NCBI GenBank assembly: GCA_013239625.1
Contig: MU054391.1
Span: forward strand, 1,118,001-1,182,000
DNA length: 64,000 bases
Origin: Lama guanicoe
Lineage: Eukaryota
Reading direction: 5' to 3'
The notes under the pieces were generated by a model, which worked only from the letters and a program-made list of their open reading frames with translations, was not told the origin of the DNA and made no database searches. This document shows, in pieces, positions 11,801-23,620 of this stretch. Each line of letters begins with the position of its first letter. The stretch's first letter is position 1. The translations under genes were made by a program, and so were the position numbers.

Positions 11801-14800
11801 CGCCCCGCCCGCCGGCAGGACGGCGCCATGAGTGCCGGCAAAGCTGTGACGGCCACCCCGCGGCGCCAGCTGCCAGAACAGGTAAAGGCGTGCGGGCCGC
11901 CGGGTCTGCGCACGTGTCCTTGTCCGCGTGTAGCTCCGACCGGGAGTCCCTCACGTGTCTCTGCTTAACACGCACATACGCCGCGGCTGCAGCCTGTCAG
12001 CGCCCTGCGCGATGCGTTAGCCAAGCCCGCCCTTCTGCTTCCCGCTCTCCTTCCCTGCTGTTCCTTCTGCGGGGCTGGGCTGACAATGCGGACTTCAGAA
12101 CAGAGGCCATCCAGGTGGGCCTCCTGCTTTGGGTTTTTATAAAAGGGCTTCTGCTGGGGTGTGGCCGACACGCCAGGAACCTGCATCTTTGCTGCATAGA
12201 CGCTGACGAGGCCGGAGGGGAGTTCTCCCCGTGAACCCATCGCCGTGCCTGTGCTGCAGCCCCTCCGTCCCCAGCACGCTTCCTCCCGCCCCCTTAGGTG
12301 TTGTCTTTTCTTTCTTTCTCTTCCTGTTACTGGAATACACGGCACCCAGAGACGGAGAAGGCGGCAGGGAGGAGTCAGTGCCCCCGTTCAGGAAGCGCAC
12401 GTGAGCTCCCTGCGGCAGGCGGGCGGGAGCAGGACGGGGCTGCAGGGTGCGGGCCGGTCGCCGGCCCCACTCACAGTCCCCCTTGGCAGATGGCTTCTGC
12501 TCAGATCCTGGGGGACACCTGGATGAGAGACCCTGGATGAAGGTTAGAAGGGCAGAGGGTGGAAGCTGCATCTCCCCCTTCTTCGGTCTTCTGCCTGCTG
12601 CAGGCTGCTTGGCAGCCGTGGCGGCGGGGCCTGGGCTCGGACTGCAGCCAGTGTACGTGTCACCTCCTGGAACGGCGGCAGGCGAGTGGGCTCGTGACAT
12701 TTCTCCGATTCACGCGCGCTCGGGCTCCTGGCTTCACGTGGGGTTGCAGCAGCCCCTGACCTGGACTGCGATGCACCCATTTCCCTCCGGGGTGCGCACC
12801 CTCCCTCCCGCTCCTTCAGTCCTCTTGGGAACTTTTGGTTTCTCTTTTCCCGGCTGATGTGTGACCAATAAACATCATCAGTTGCTTGTTCCTACCAACA
12901 CACTCTTTCTGTTTACTTAGCCATCTCCCCTCCTTCCCACCTGGTGGCTGGGACGGCCCCAGGACTTCATCCCACGAGCGCTCTAGACACTGTGCCCCTC
13001 TGAACCTGACCGCCTCGTGCTGCTGGCCGCGCACCACCGCTCAGTGCCTGGCATCGAGACCCACTCAGGAACCTTTGGATGAAGGACCTCATTTATTGCC
13101 GTGACTCCAGCCAGACCCACCTGGCACGAGCCTCACGTCCAGGCCCACGGCTGGCCCTCTCTCCCGAAGAGAGGGCTTCAGTGGCAGCTCTGCCCAGCTG
13201 TCTCAAGTCACCTTTGACACCTTGTAACCCAAGTCGAGCTGGCTCACACCCCACCCCCAAATTCCGGTATTCATTTGTTGAAGAGCATCACCACCTACCA
13301 GCACCTAAAATTAGAATCCTTAGCGTTAGTTGCCAGTCCGGTTTGGTCACCTCCTGAACGGGGGTGCAGCCGTAGACAGCCCCCAGGCGCCCCTGCAGCC
13401 CCCCCGCAAGCGTGCGGTCTGGCTCCCCTGCCACCGGCTCCAGCTCTTCTCTCTCTCAACTCGCGCCTCTGGAACCTTCCGTTCTGAACCCCGGGCGGAC
13501 CTCCCCCAGTGGCTAACCAAGCTGCATCTGTTCAGCTTAGGGCTGCACCTGTCCTCCTGATTTTGGTCTTCCTCTCTCAGTCCCAGTTCCTCTCGTCAGC
13601 CGAGTGAAGTTGGGTCCTCACCCCTCCCAGGGAAGAGGCTTCAGGGGAGTCCTCCTTCCCGTCTGTCTGCGGGAGCAGGAGACGTGATCGGACCCCGTCT
13701 CCCCCCTCGGGGAACACCCCCAGGTCCCCCTGCACCCTCGCTCCTGGAGACCTAGTCTCGCCTTCCATCCAGAGGACAGACAATGCAATTATCTGGTCCC
13801 CACCAACCTCCAGTAGGCTTCCCACACTGATATCAGAGTGATCCTTTTAATGTGTGAAAATTAATATCATTTAATCCATTAGCTCTCCCATTAACTAAAA
13901 TAAAATAAAAATGCCTTACTATACCGTCTCTTGTGTTTTCTATGGAATTGAATTAACTGATTCTGTCACCAAATTCCCAAGCATTAGGACCATGTCTTTT
14001 TCACTTATTATCCTTTTTATTTGTTTCAGAAGCAAGTCTAGGGCCTCCTGACCACCCCTCCAATGTGCGCTCAAGATCGGTTTTATTGCCAGATTTTTTC
14101 TTGCAGAATGAGAATTGGAATACTGAAGCCAGCATCCTCCCTTCATCACCCACAGAGTATATGTATACGGATTGCACATAATAGAAAACCCAGCTTAAAC
14201 TTGATTTATCGTCCCCCATAATTGGAAATTAAAGACAGAGCCGTGAGTTGCTTGGCTGGCATGCTTCATGTACCAGGCGTGCACACCCCTGTGCTCCGCC
14301 TTCCCTGGGCCAGCCCCTCAGAAGGCAGCTGTCAGTCCTGTAATGACAGACAGGCTGGTGGCAGTGGTCGGGCCCCTGGGCATCCTCTCCCATGCTCAGT
14401 GGAGGGACAGCAAACCACCGTTCCACCTTCCACTCCAGCAAGTGTCCTGAGGTCCCCTTGGCCAGGCTGCTTAAACAGCACGCCTGCTCCTGCAGGTGCC
14501 AGCACAGGCGAGGCTGGCCCTGGTGCACGAGGCCCCCTTGCCGGTGCTGGGGGTCATCCCAGAGCACGGGGCTCCTGGGGAAAGGCGGGGGTACTTTGAA
14601 AAAATCCAGGAATGTTTACTTTTCAGTTCGTTTTTCTTTTTTTCAGCTGCACGTCAAAGAACTTAACCACTAACGTGTAGTAAATAAGGTACTTACTGTT
14701 TATGTAACTACATGTGAGACATAATACGTACATTTCACAGATGGGAGCCCAGCTCTGGTCAAAGATTCAAGCAGCGAAGCTCTGGTGGGGTCTGCCCCAC

Positions 14801-14921
14801 CGCCCCAGCTCGTCACGCCCATCCTCGCACACGAGGTGTCTGAGGCCCTTCAGCTGCTTCCTCACAGGCCGGGAAGAGAGGAGGACGCGGCAGAGGAGGA
14901 CAGGGCATCTCCAAGCCTCCA

Positions 14922-15041
14922 GACACACGCACACACATACAAACACACAAACACATACACACACACAACACATACACACAAACACATATATGCAAACACA
15001 CACAAACACACACATCCATATACACATAGAAATACACACAC
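14922..15041. repeat. CA-rich low-complexity tract
   Basis: Imperfect (CA)n/(CATA)n. Confidence 0.9.
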
Positions 15042-15819
15042 GATCCCTAGACAGCTTGCATTTTTCCATTTCGGTCGCTGGGCCAGGACGCTGTCGGGGG
15101 GTCACTCCAGGGAGGCAGGGGGCGGAGGTGGAAATGGGGAGGGCTTTTTCACTTTTGGACCCCACGCCCCTTGACCACCCCGGCCACGTGTGACACGCTG
15201 CAGCTCTTCCTCACCGTAGGGGGACCACTGTCGTGTCTGGAACGTTTGCTGATGGCCATTTCAAAACAAAACCTGGTGTTTTCCCGCAGGAACTAATCAA
15301 AAAGGAGCACCTGTTACTCTGCACTTCCATCTTGAAAAGGTGAGACGAGAACCCCTCGATGCAGACTCTAACAAAGACATAAATTAAAGAATTCCAATTC
15401 AACTGGACACACTTATAGGCAAGGCACTGTGCGAGGTACGGGGGCGAGATAAACCCGAGTGAGAGCTGGTCTCTGCTCGCAGGACCTCACCGTCCAGCAG
15501 GGAGAGACTTGTCACTGGGGACACCCTGACCCTGCGATTTGACATGATGTTGACTCCAATCTCAACTCCACTTCATTAAGGGAAATACAGTGTCTCCTTT
15601 GTATTTCTACCAATTCCATGGTGAGAGGAGGGGAGTTCACATCTACATGTTCCTCCCTGGCACGGCTTCCCGTCCAGGCTGGACCCCTGCCTGTGGACGT
15701 GGCCGGCAGACAGCAGGTGGAACACATCACCCTGCCAGCTCCGGCCACACACCCTCACACTCACACTCACATACACACCGGCCCCGGGTGGCACACACTA
15801 ATAAAGCTTCAGAAAGATA

Positions 15820-16060
15820 AGAGATTTGCAGAGGCACACCACCAGACACAGGAGATAGACAGCAAGGCCCTGCTGCAGAGCACAGGGAACTGCGGTCAGT
15901 ACCCTGCAGTGAGACACACTGGAAAAGACTTGTATGAAAATCAGCTGAACATACATGAAATGAAAGATACTGTATACACACATCTACATGTCTGACTCAC
16001 GGGGCTGCACACCAGACACTAAGACAACAGCGTAGGTCAACTACACTGCGATTTTTTAAA
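15820..16060 (+). mobile_element. Camelid/artiodactyl L1 3' end, 5'-truncated
   Basis: GAGATTTGCAGA...GCAGAGCACAGGGAACT...GCTGCACACCAGACACTAAGACAACAGCGTAGGTCAACTACACTGCGATT, the L1 3' terminal pattern. Confidence 0.8.
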
Positions 16061-17899
16061 ATGGAGGTGAGATGTCTGTGGAATATTTAAAAGGCAGTGC
16101 CTTAGAAATAGTTCAAAATTTAGCTTTAGTAAAACTTGTGAACACGTTAAAATTAGCTCAGTCATTTGAGGAGTAAAAGGAGAGAAGGAGTATCTGAGCT
16201 GGATCCCGTAAGGGAGAGAGAGAGAGAGTAACCTTTAATATGGTGAGCAAGGGGGTAGGAAACGTTACAATTTTAGAGTGACTTGCGTTTTGTGTCCTTA
16301 TTTATCTTTCTGATCATAAAATTAACATAAAATCCTACATCAATTTTTTAACAAGACAAATATTTTGTATACAATTTGATTGCTTGATTGGCTGAAAAAC
16401 ACTCATGATGGAAAGTAAGAATAATTTGACCATAGTTTTGTGTTTCATTTCAGAAATAAATTAAAAGCAAACTAAAATCTGATGAAGTGATCTCACATTT
16501 TGAGAAACTCAAGACCATCATTTCTAAAATCAAGAGAGGATAAGTCTCATTTCCACCGTGTGAAAGTGTGTAACGTTCATTCATAAATTACAAATTACTT
16601 CAAAATGAAAAGAAATTTGACTTTCTTGAGTTTGGAAAGACAATTTCAAATTGGCTCTGGTCTTTCCATAAATATCCCTGCTAGCTGTCAAAGTCTGACC
16701 CTGGGTGTATTTTTTGATTCTTTTCTGTTTTACTCTTTGACCCTTAATTCATAATTTTCTCTTGTTTGTGTTGGATTCTTTGCTTCCTATGTTCTTTCCT
16801 CCCTCCCTCCCTCCCTCCCTCGTTTCCACGGCATTTATTAAATGTCATTACACTCAAAACACCATGTTAGGCTTTGTGTGTACAAGCATGAAAAAAAATA
16901 CTGTTTTCTTGACCTCAAGTCATGCAGACCCAGCAGGGGAGGCAGGCCCGCAGGAGGGCAGCCACACAGCTACACCCAGCACGACAAATACTAGAAGGAC
17001 GCAGGGAACCTTGATGGTCACCCGGCCTGCACGCTGACACAGAGCGGGCAGGGGAAGGGTCGGCGGAGCCCGCGCCTCCTGCAGCTTTCAAAAGTTGTGC
17101 TGTGGTGCCCCAGGACAGGGGCCGCCGCCACATCTTCATGAAACGGCCGTACCGAGGAGTCAGGGCTTTCTCACAAACGGCGCTCATCTAGAAACAGAAG
17201 CCCCACACAGACGGGGTCCCACCGACGTGTCTGCTGGTGCTCTGATTGTCCTTGTGACCACCTCCCTCTGCTTGCACTAAATAGCAACCTAAGGACAGAA
17301 ATGCAAGGCGAGGCCCCAGAAAGAAGCTAAACATGACACCGAACGCCTGTGTCTTCCTTCACTGCGACGTGGCTCCGCACGGGGTGGGGCGTAACTGCAC
17401 TCGAATGACTTGTGCTGTGCAGTGCCTTCTCCCAGCCGGGCTGGCTCGCCAAGGCCAAGACCCGCAGTGTCGCCAAGGCCAAGACCCGCAGTGCGCCACC
17501 AGCGACCACGACGGCACACAGTTAGTGCGTTCATCTTGCAGTTTTCAAAACACTGTCACATTGCCTTCTTTGGTCCAGAAGACAGGTGTGGGAGGCTTCC
17601 TTACAGATGACAGGGAGGGGCTGGCGCCTTCCCAGCCTGCCCCCAGTAAGGAGGAGCAGCGAGCAGACGCCGAGGCCTCTGCCCTCAGCCCCAGCGGGCT
17701 TCCCTCTCCCCCACCCCCTTCTTGTGCCAGTTCAGGGGAGGGGGAGTTTAATATGTTCATTTAAAACACGTCCTTGGCTTGAGTGAGCCGCCTATAAACC
17801 CTGAGCCCCACATCCTCCAAGGCTCAGTTCCTCATTTCTCTCAATGAAGGAAGGAGACAGTGGGAAAAAAAAAGATTGAAAGCACAGACAATCTCTTTC

Positions 17900-18620
17900 A
17901 AAAACATGAACGTAGTGGGTTCTGGGAAATGAGAGCGGAAGACACTGAGCAGCACGTCAGAAACACGGAGGCCACTTGTCCCTGCACTTTCCAACCCAGT
18001 GCCGAAGAGCCCGGGCGCCGGCCAGCGACAAGCGTGCTTAGCCCTAGGCCGCCGCGGCCACGAGGCACGCACAGCAGCCGGGGCGGCAGCTCGCCGCCTA
18101 AGCCGCACACCCGGGAGCCCGCAGCCTCCCCGGCTGGCCTCTCTCCCTCGGCCAGGGCGGGGCCTATTGATGCCAGACGGCGTGTGGGGGAGGAGATGCT
18201 GACGCTGCAGTTTGAAGACCGTTTCCATAACTTCTGAGAGAACTGGCAGGTTGGAAATGAGTCGATAGTTCAGATAGATTGTCAGGTAATAAGGAAAGTC
18301 GTTAGAACAGGGGAGCAAGTGCAGCTGCTTTAAATTGAGCCGGGACTCAGCCAGATGTCAAGGTGGGAGCCGCTGCTCTCTGCAGCCGAAGCCTGTCTTC
18401 CCCGCAGCCCTAAGAGGGCCGCGTGGGCCAGGAGGTCGAAGAATAGGTTGACAGCTGCAGCTCCCAAATTGCCTTCCTCTCTTGTGCGAGGGTGACCACA
18501 GCGGAGTCAGGAGCGACAGACTGATGTGTTGAAAGAGTCACAGAGCTGAAAAGAGACCAGGGATTGGGGCTCGACGGCCTCCATTGCTTGTATGAAACCA
18601 ACTGGAAAATTCTGGCAAGT
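17900..18620 (-). mobile_element. Ancient L2/CR1-clade LINE ORF2 (reverse transcriptase) fossil
   Basis: My manual minus-strand translation gives TLTSG*VPAQFKAAALAPLF*RLSLLPDNLS /frameshift/ NYRLISNLPVLSEVMETVFKLQRQHLL...RPRPGRGREA, matching the L2/CR1 RT-entry motif SLTSGxVPxxFKxAxVxPxLKKPxLDPxxLxNYRPISNLPFLSKxLE...GFRPGHGTE. The core is 18130-18480; outer limits are uncertain. Confidence 0.75.
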
Positions 18621-20355
18621 CAAGAAATTAAGAGGCACAGAAGCTGGTCCAACACTTACTCTGCTGTTAAGAGATCCCAGCAAGCATCGTATTCTCGTTA
18701 GTACACAGTTCAGCTGAACCGCACATGCTCAGATTACTCCATGTTGTGGGCACAGAGGTTCTCAAGTGTCCAGAGGTCGTGGAAGGATGTGAATCCCCCT
18801 TGTGGGTCTGGGTTTCCACCGTCTTCCCATCCAAGCAAATTCTTGCGCATCCACACGAAGGAGACTCCAGGCGAAAGGCTTTCGGGAGTGACCCGTGGTT
18901 GGAGGGCAAGTGGACGCACAGGTCACTCTAGAAACGCTGGGCTGATCCCCTCAGCAAGTTGAAGAAGCCACATGACACTTTGTTCTCTTGGCCTCAGAAA
19001 TGACCCCTACACATCGCACACATTCACATGCTGACGGATGGCGTGGCCTCCGCAGGGAGCAGCCGTGGACCTCTGAAACACGCATGATGAAGACACCGCG
19101 TGTAAGTTCATGCTTCCAAGCCCTCTGCCCTTGGCTCCCCCTCACTGGAATGCTTCCCCATTGCTCTCATTCACCCTTTAAGGCCCAGATCCAGGGTCAC
19201 TGTCTAGCCCAAAGTGAGCTTCCTCCCCCTCCCCTGCACTCAGGGCACAGGGCTCGGTGTGGACGGCGGACCTCATGTGGCACCGACTCGTGCACTGCCA
19301 CGAACACATGCTCTCCTGTTAGGTCCTGCAGGGATGCCCTCAGTGCTCATTCAACGATGGAGCGTCCACACCGAGCGAGGAGCCAGGGCTGTGGGCCGTC
19401 TTCAGCAGGTGTGATGACCGCGTGAATACAGTGGGCAGGCCTTGTCACTGCGGTGTCAGCAGTCAGTGAGCACTGACTGGGCCCAGGCCTCGTTTCTGAG
19501 GTGGACCGCACAGATCCTCTGCCCCTGTTTCCAGAAGGGAGAGAGAAGTGGTGGGAGCTTGGTGTGGTGGCCTCAGTGGATTTATCCCCACTCCTGAAAA
19601 AACAACCACCTCAGTGATCAAAAGAACCCTATGAGAAGCCCTGCACCTCCCCCACGGCCCCCACGCTCCTCCGCGGAGTTCTTGGGATTTCTGTCCTGTG
19701 AGATAGAGGTCCATTCCACTGCATCGTGACTCTGGACTCCCCTGCCACCTCTGTTGTTGGCCAGGTCAGCTGCTTCCTTAGACGGGACGGCGCACCAGAC
19801 AGGTGCTGGAACTCAGGTGTTTGTGTAAATCGGCAGGACCCTCTGGCATGAGTGTGCGATGCCCCGAAAGCTCCGGAGCCGTGTCCCAGGAGGAAACTTG
19901 CTTGGGAGCAGCACCGATGAGGCTGAAGGACGGTGTCCCACGCGTATCAGACACCCACCCAGCATAAAACACGCCCGATGCAAGCACGTGGAAGGGCTTG
20001 CCTCCTCGCACACATCCCCGTCAAAGCACAGCCGTGCCCGTGCATTTCCCACGGCTCGCTGGCCCTCGTCGTTTGGCTGCTTGATGATGAAGTCCTCGTG
20101 AAAGGTGATCACGCCTCTGACAATTACACAACGTGTTAGATGTTCTGACCAGTTTAATGAGCTGGTGACGAGACTTGCAAGTGCCCAGCTGGAACGCAAC
20201 TAGCCCAGTCTCTGAGCGAGGCAAATGAAAAGCAACTTAAAAATATACGGTTGACACATGGATGAAACAATCACCTTAATATCCTTCACTGAATTCTGGT
20301 TTATAGAGGTCCAGAGAAGAAGCATTAGAGTATTTGTTAGAACGTAATCAACCCA

Positions 20356-20499
20356 GGGGGAGGGTACAGTTCAAGCGGTGGAGCGCGTGCTTAGCATGAA
20401 TAAGGTCCTGGGTTCAGTTCCCAGGGCCCACATTAAGCATAACTAAACAAACGAACCAAATTAACCCCTCTCCAAAAAAATTAAAACAAATAAATTTTA
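20356..20499 (+). mobile_element. tRNA-Ala-derived camelid SINE (vic-1 type) with target-site duplication
   Basis: GGGGGAGGGTACAGTTCAAGCGGTGGAGCGCGTGCTTAGCATG...GGTCCTGGGTTCAGTTCCCAG has A/B boxes and an A-rich tail. TSD AACGTAATCAACC (20341-20353) / AATGTAATCAACC (20500-20512). Confidence 0.9.
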
Positions 20500-20639
20500 A
20501 ATGTAATCAACCAGAACACACGAGAGAGTCTGATTCAGGACAACATAAGCTATTTCTGTCAGTCCTCTGCCCATTTCTCCTCATGCTGCTGAAATTAGCC
20601 CGCGTGAACTCACCGTCCACACTGCCAGTGCGTAAGCCA

Positions 20640-21072
20640 CATACTGGTGGAGATTCAAGGAACAATTTGTCCTGAGGCAAAACCTCCTCCCACTGTGAGC
20701 CTGTGAAGTCAAACAAGTCATGTGCTTCCAACATTCAGTGGTGGGTCAGGCATTGACCAGACATCCCCATTCCGAAAGAAAGACAGAAGAAAGCCGTGAC
20801 AGGTTCCAAGCAAGTCCAAACCCTCAGGGCTTGAGAAGAATCTTCTCTGGCTGGACGTCTGCCCTTCAGACCCACCAGGGTTTCCATCCACTTTCCAGAC
20901 ACAATGGGGTGGGGGCATTCAGATTCACCCCATTACACTCCAACTGTGGTTGGCCTCCAAAATTTACATCCTTCTCACATGTAAGATTAGTTCTTTTCAA
21001 CCCAATAGCCCCAAAATTCTTAACTCGGTCCAGCAGCAACTAAAAAACCCAAAGATGAAAGTCTCAGCTGAA
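20640..21072 (-). mobile_element. MaLR internal (MLT1/MST-int) fragments
   Basis: TCCTGAGGCAAAACCTCCTCCCACTGTGAGCCTGTGAAGTCAAACAAGTCATGTGCTTCC and CCCAATAGCCCCAAAATTCTTAACTCG...AAAGTCTCAGCTGA match MaLR-int 5' sequence. Confidence 0.75.
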
Positions 21073-21189
21073 CAGGCTACCGGCTACGCTTGTCCCTCAG
21101 CTCGTGATCACGTGACCTCTGCTTAGTCTACTCACATCCGGGACGGCTGCCGTGATGGCTGGATGGGGTCCATCCCTCCCCTCTTTGCT

Positions 21190-22950
21190 TTGTGTCAATC
21201 TCGTCCCTTTTTGGTTCCTCTCTTAATCAACTACCTCTTGCTTTGTGTTAAATATGTTTTAGTACATCCTCTTAATTTCCATATTGAATATTTAGTATTT
21301 TCTTTTGTTTTATTGTTGCTCTGGGTAATATAACATCCATCTTTAACTTCAGTTAATACTGACATACGTCCAATACAATGTAAAAACTCTATGCCTGTTT
21401 GTATAACCACTTCACCTGCCTCTCCTTTGTTCTTTTATTGTCGTATATATTCAATAAACCCCAAGTACAGTTTTATAAATTTTTCTTTAGCAGCTGTGTC
21501 TTTTAATAACATCAAGAAAACCAAAGATAAATGTATATAGTATTATATATAATAAAACAACATTTTATTTTAAAATCAGTGAAATACCATCTTTTTTATC
21601 TATCCACATTTTTACCATCTCTTGTGTCCTTTATTCCATTCATACATCTGGGTTTTCAGCTGTTATCATTTGCCTTCTGTCTGAAAGACTTCTCTGGGTA
21701 TTTTTAATAGTATAGGTCTGATAGCAATGAACTCTACCAATGTTTGTCTATCAAGATGTCTTTCTCTTGCTTTTAATTTTAAAAGATGGTGTCTTTAGAT
21801 ATAAAAGACTTTTTTTCTTTTTATACTTGAAGCTTTTTGTGCTTTATGAATTTTTAAAGCAATGTTCTCATCAAACTTGGGAATGTTCCAGACCTAACTG
21901 CTCTAAGTATTTCTTATGATTTGTACTCTCTCTCTCTTTTTTGGAGTTCCAATTACACATCTGTTGGAATGCTTGATACATCCCTATGTCTTCATTTTTT
22001 TCCAGTCTTTTCTTCGTGTTCTCTTTAAATTGAATGATTTGAATTGATCCATCTTCTTTGAGTTGATTCTTCCACCTGATATGGTGCTGATCAACTCATT
22101 CAGTAAAGTTTTATTTCAGACATTATACTTCTGGGCTCTAGAATCTCCATCTGGTTCTTTTGTATAGCTTCAACTTTTCATTGATATTTCCTATCTATTC
22201 ACTCATTAATAGCATATTTTCATGGAATTACTTCATCATATTTTTATTTAATCATTTGGCTGTATTTATAGATGCTAGTTTTAAATTATTGACTAGTAAA
22301 TCTAACACCAAGATCAACTTCAGAGTTAATTTTCCTTCTCACAGTTCAAATTCTCCTCTTTATTTTTGTGTCTAATAATCTTTGGTTGAAAATGGGACAT
22401 TGTAGCAACTCTGGATTCTGGTTTTCTTCCCCCAGAGGGTTATTTTATCATTCGTTTGTTTGTTCTGTTTCATCAGGTGATTTTTGTGCCTTCACACAAG
22501 CTGTGAAACAGACCTTCCTCAGTTCAGCATCAGTCGCAGGTGTTTCTGCTTTTATTTTTTTTAAGCTTTCCAATTGAGGTGTCTCCCTTGTTCCTGATTT
22601 GTTTAATTCTCAGCCAATAATTAGATACCTCATGTCAATAAGGCTTCTCCCATGTGGTCATGTTGTTGTGTGGTCTGAGGGACACATTTAAAGCATCAAC
22701 AAGTCTGCAAGCGTCTCCAGGCTTCCCAGAGGGCTCTGGAGCTTCCATCAGACGTACCACTTAGCATCAGCCAGGACTGCTGAGACTCCATCATCTCAGT
22801 CCTCCTCCGGCTCCCTCCTGCCTTAAATCTCCCCTTGAAATCTCCAGCTTCTCTGCCACCCAAACCAAGCAAACAACCCCTAGCTGGTTAAATTGTCTTT
22901 TTTTCTGGGGATGGAAGTGCCTTAAGGAAAGAAAGTCACAAACTTGCCAT
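21190..22950 (-). mobile_element. Old L1M (ORF1/5' region), highly decayed
   Basis: T-rich strand with old L1 antisense phrases (TCATCAAACTTGGGAATGTTCCAG, GGAGTTCCAATTACACATCTGTTGG, CTCTAGAATCTCCATCTGGTTCTTTT). Boundaries are approximate. Confidence 0.65.
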
Positions 22951-23454
22951 CCTAACCCACAGCAGTAATAAAGATTCGCATGAAGTATAACAAGAAACAT
23001 GTAATAAAGGGTGTGTGATCCTCTTGTGCTTCTGAGAAAGCTCTATATGGCGCTAGAGTTTATGGAGCACAAGCTTTACAAAGGTGATGCATATGCAAAC
23101 ATTCACAGTCCACTTTTAGGGCTACCTTTAGTCTCTGTCTACTCACCTATGGACTAACACGTGAGTAATTAAATAACACTATTTTATTTCAAGTGTTTTT
23201 AGTCCTTCTTTTTAAATAAATTAACATTTTAAATGAATTAATCCATACAATAAGATGAAAATGCATTCAATAAGAACATTTAGGAACTTTTAAAAAAATA
23301 CTAAAAGCATAATTTTTCTTATGTGGTGATAACTTGAATTTCTGCACTGCAACATTGAGAATAGTATTTAAGTGCACAATTGAGGCAAGGTAAAACTGAT
23401 TTCTTATGGGCTCCACATCTCCTATTTTCTATTTGTTTCTGACTTTATATTTGA

Positions 23455-23620
23455 CAACTTAGATACCTACATTAGAATCACCTGAGGTGATGGTTAAACT
23501 TTGAATTCCTATGCCATCTCTGTCATTCTGTATCCAAATAGCTCTGAGGAATCTCAAGAAACTTGTATTTTTAGACAAGTTTTCAGGGAAATTATTATGA
23601 ATATTGAAATTTGCTAATAA
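23455..23620. mobile_element. MER5-like hAT-Charlie non-autonomous DNA transposon remnant
   Basis: ACATTAGAATCACCTGAGG...TGTATTTTTAGACAAG pattern. Confidence 0.45.

Noticed and set aside
17824..18318. Domesticated reverse-transcriptase gene
   Set aside because: The RT homology is broken by stops and a frameshift, and I saw no catalytic YADD region, so it is a fossil only.
19813..20199. 128-aa ORF with natural-looking composition (exon or endogenous viral element)
   Set aside because: I recognise no host or viral motif; only BLASTx could rescue it.
20356..20432. tRNA-Ala gene
   Set aside because: The cloverleaf is degenerate, and the A-rich tail and TSD show it is a SINE.
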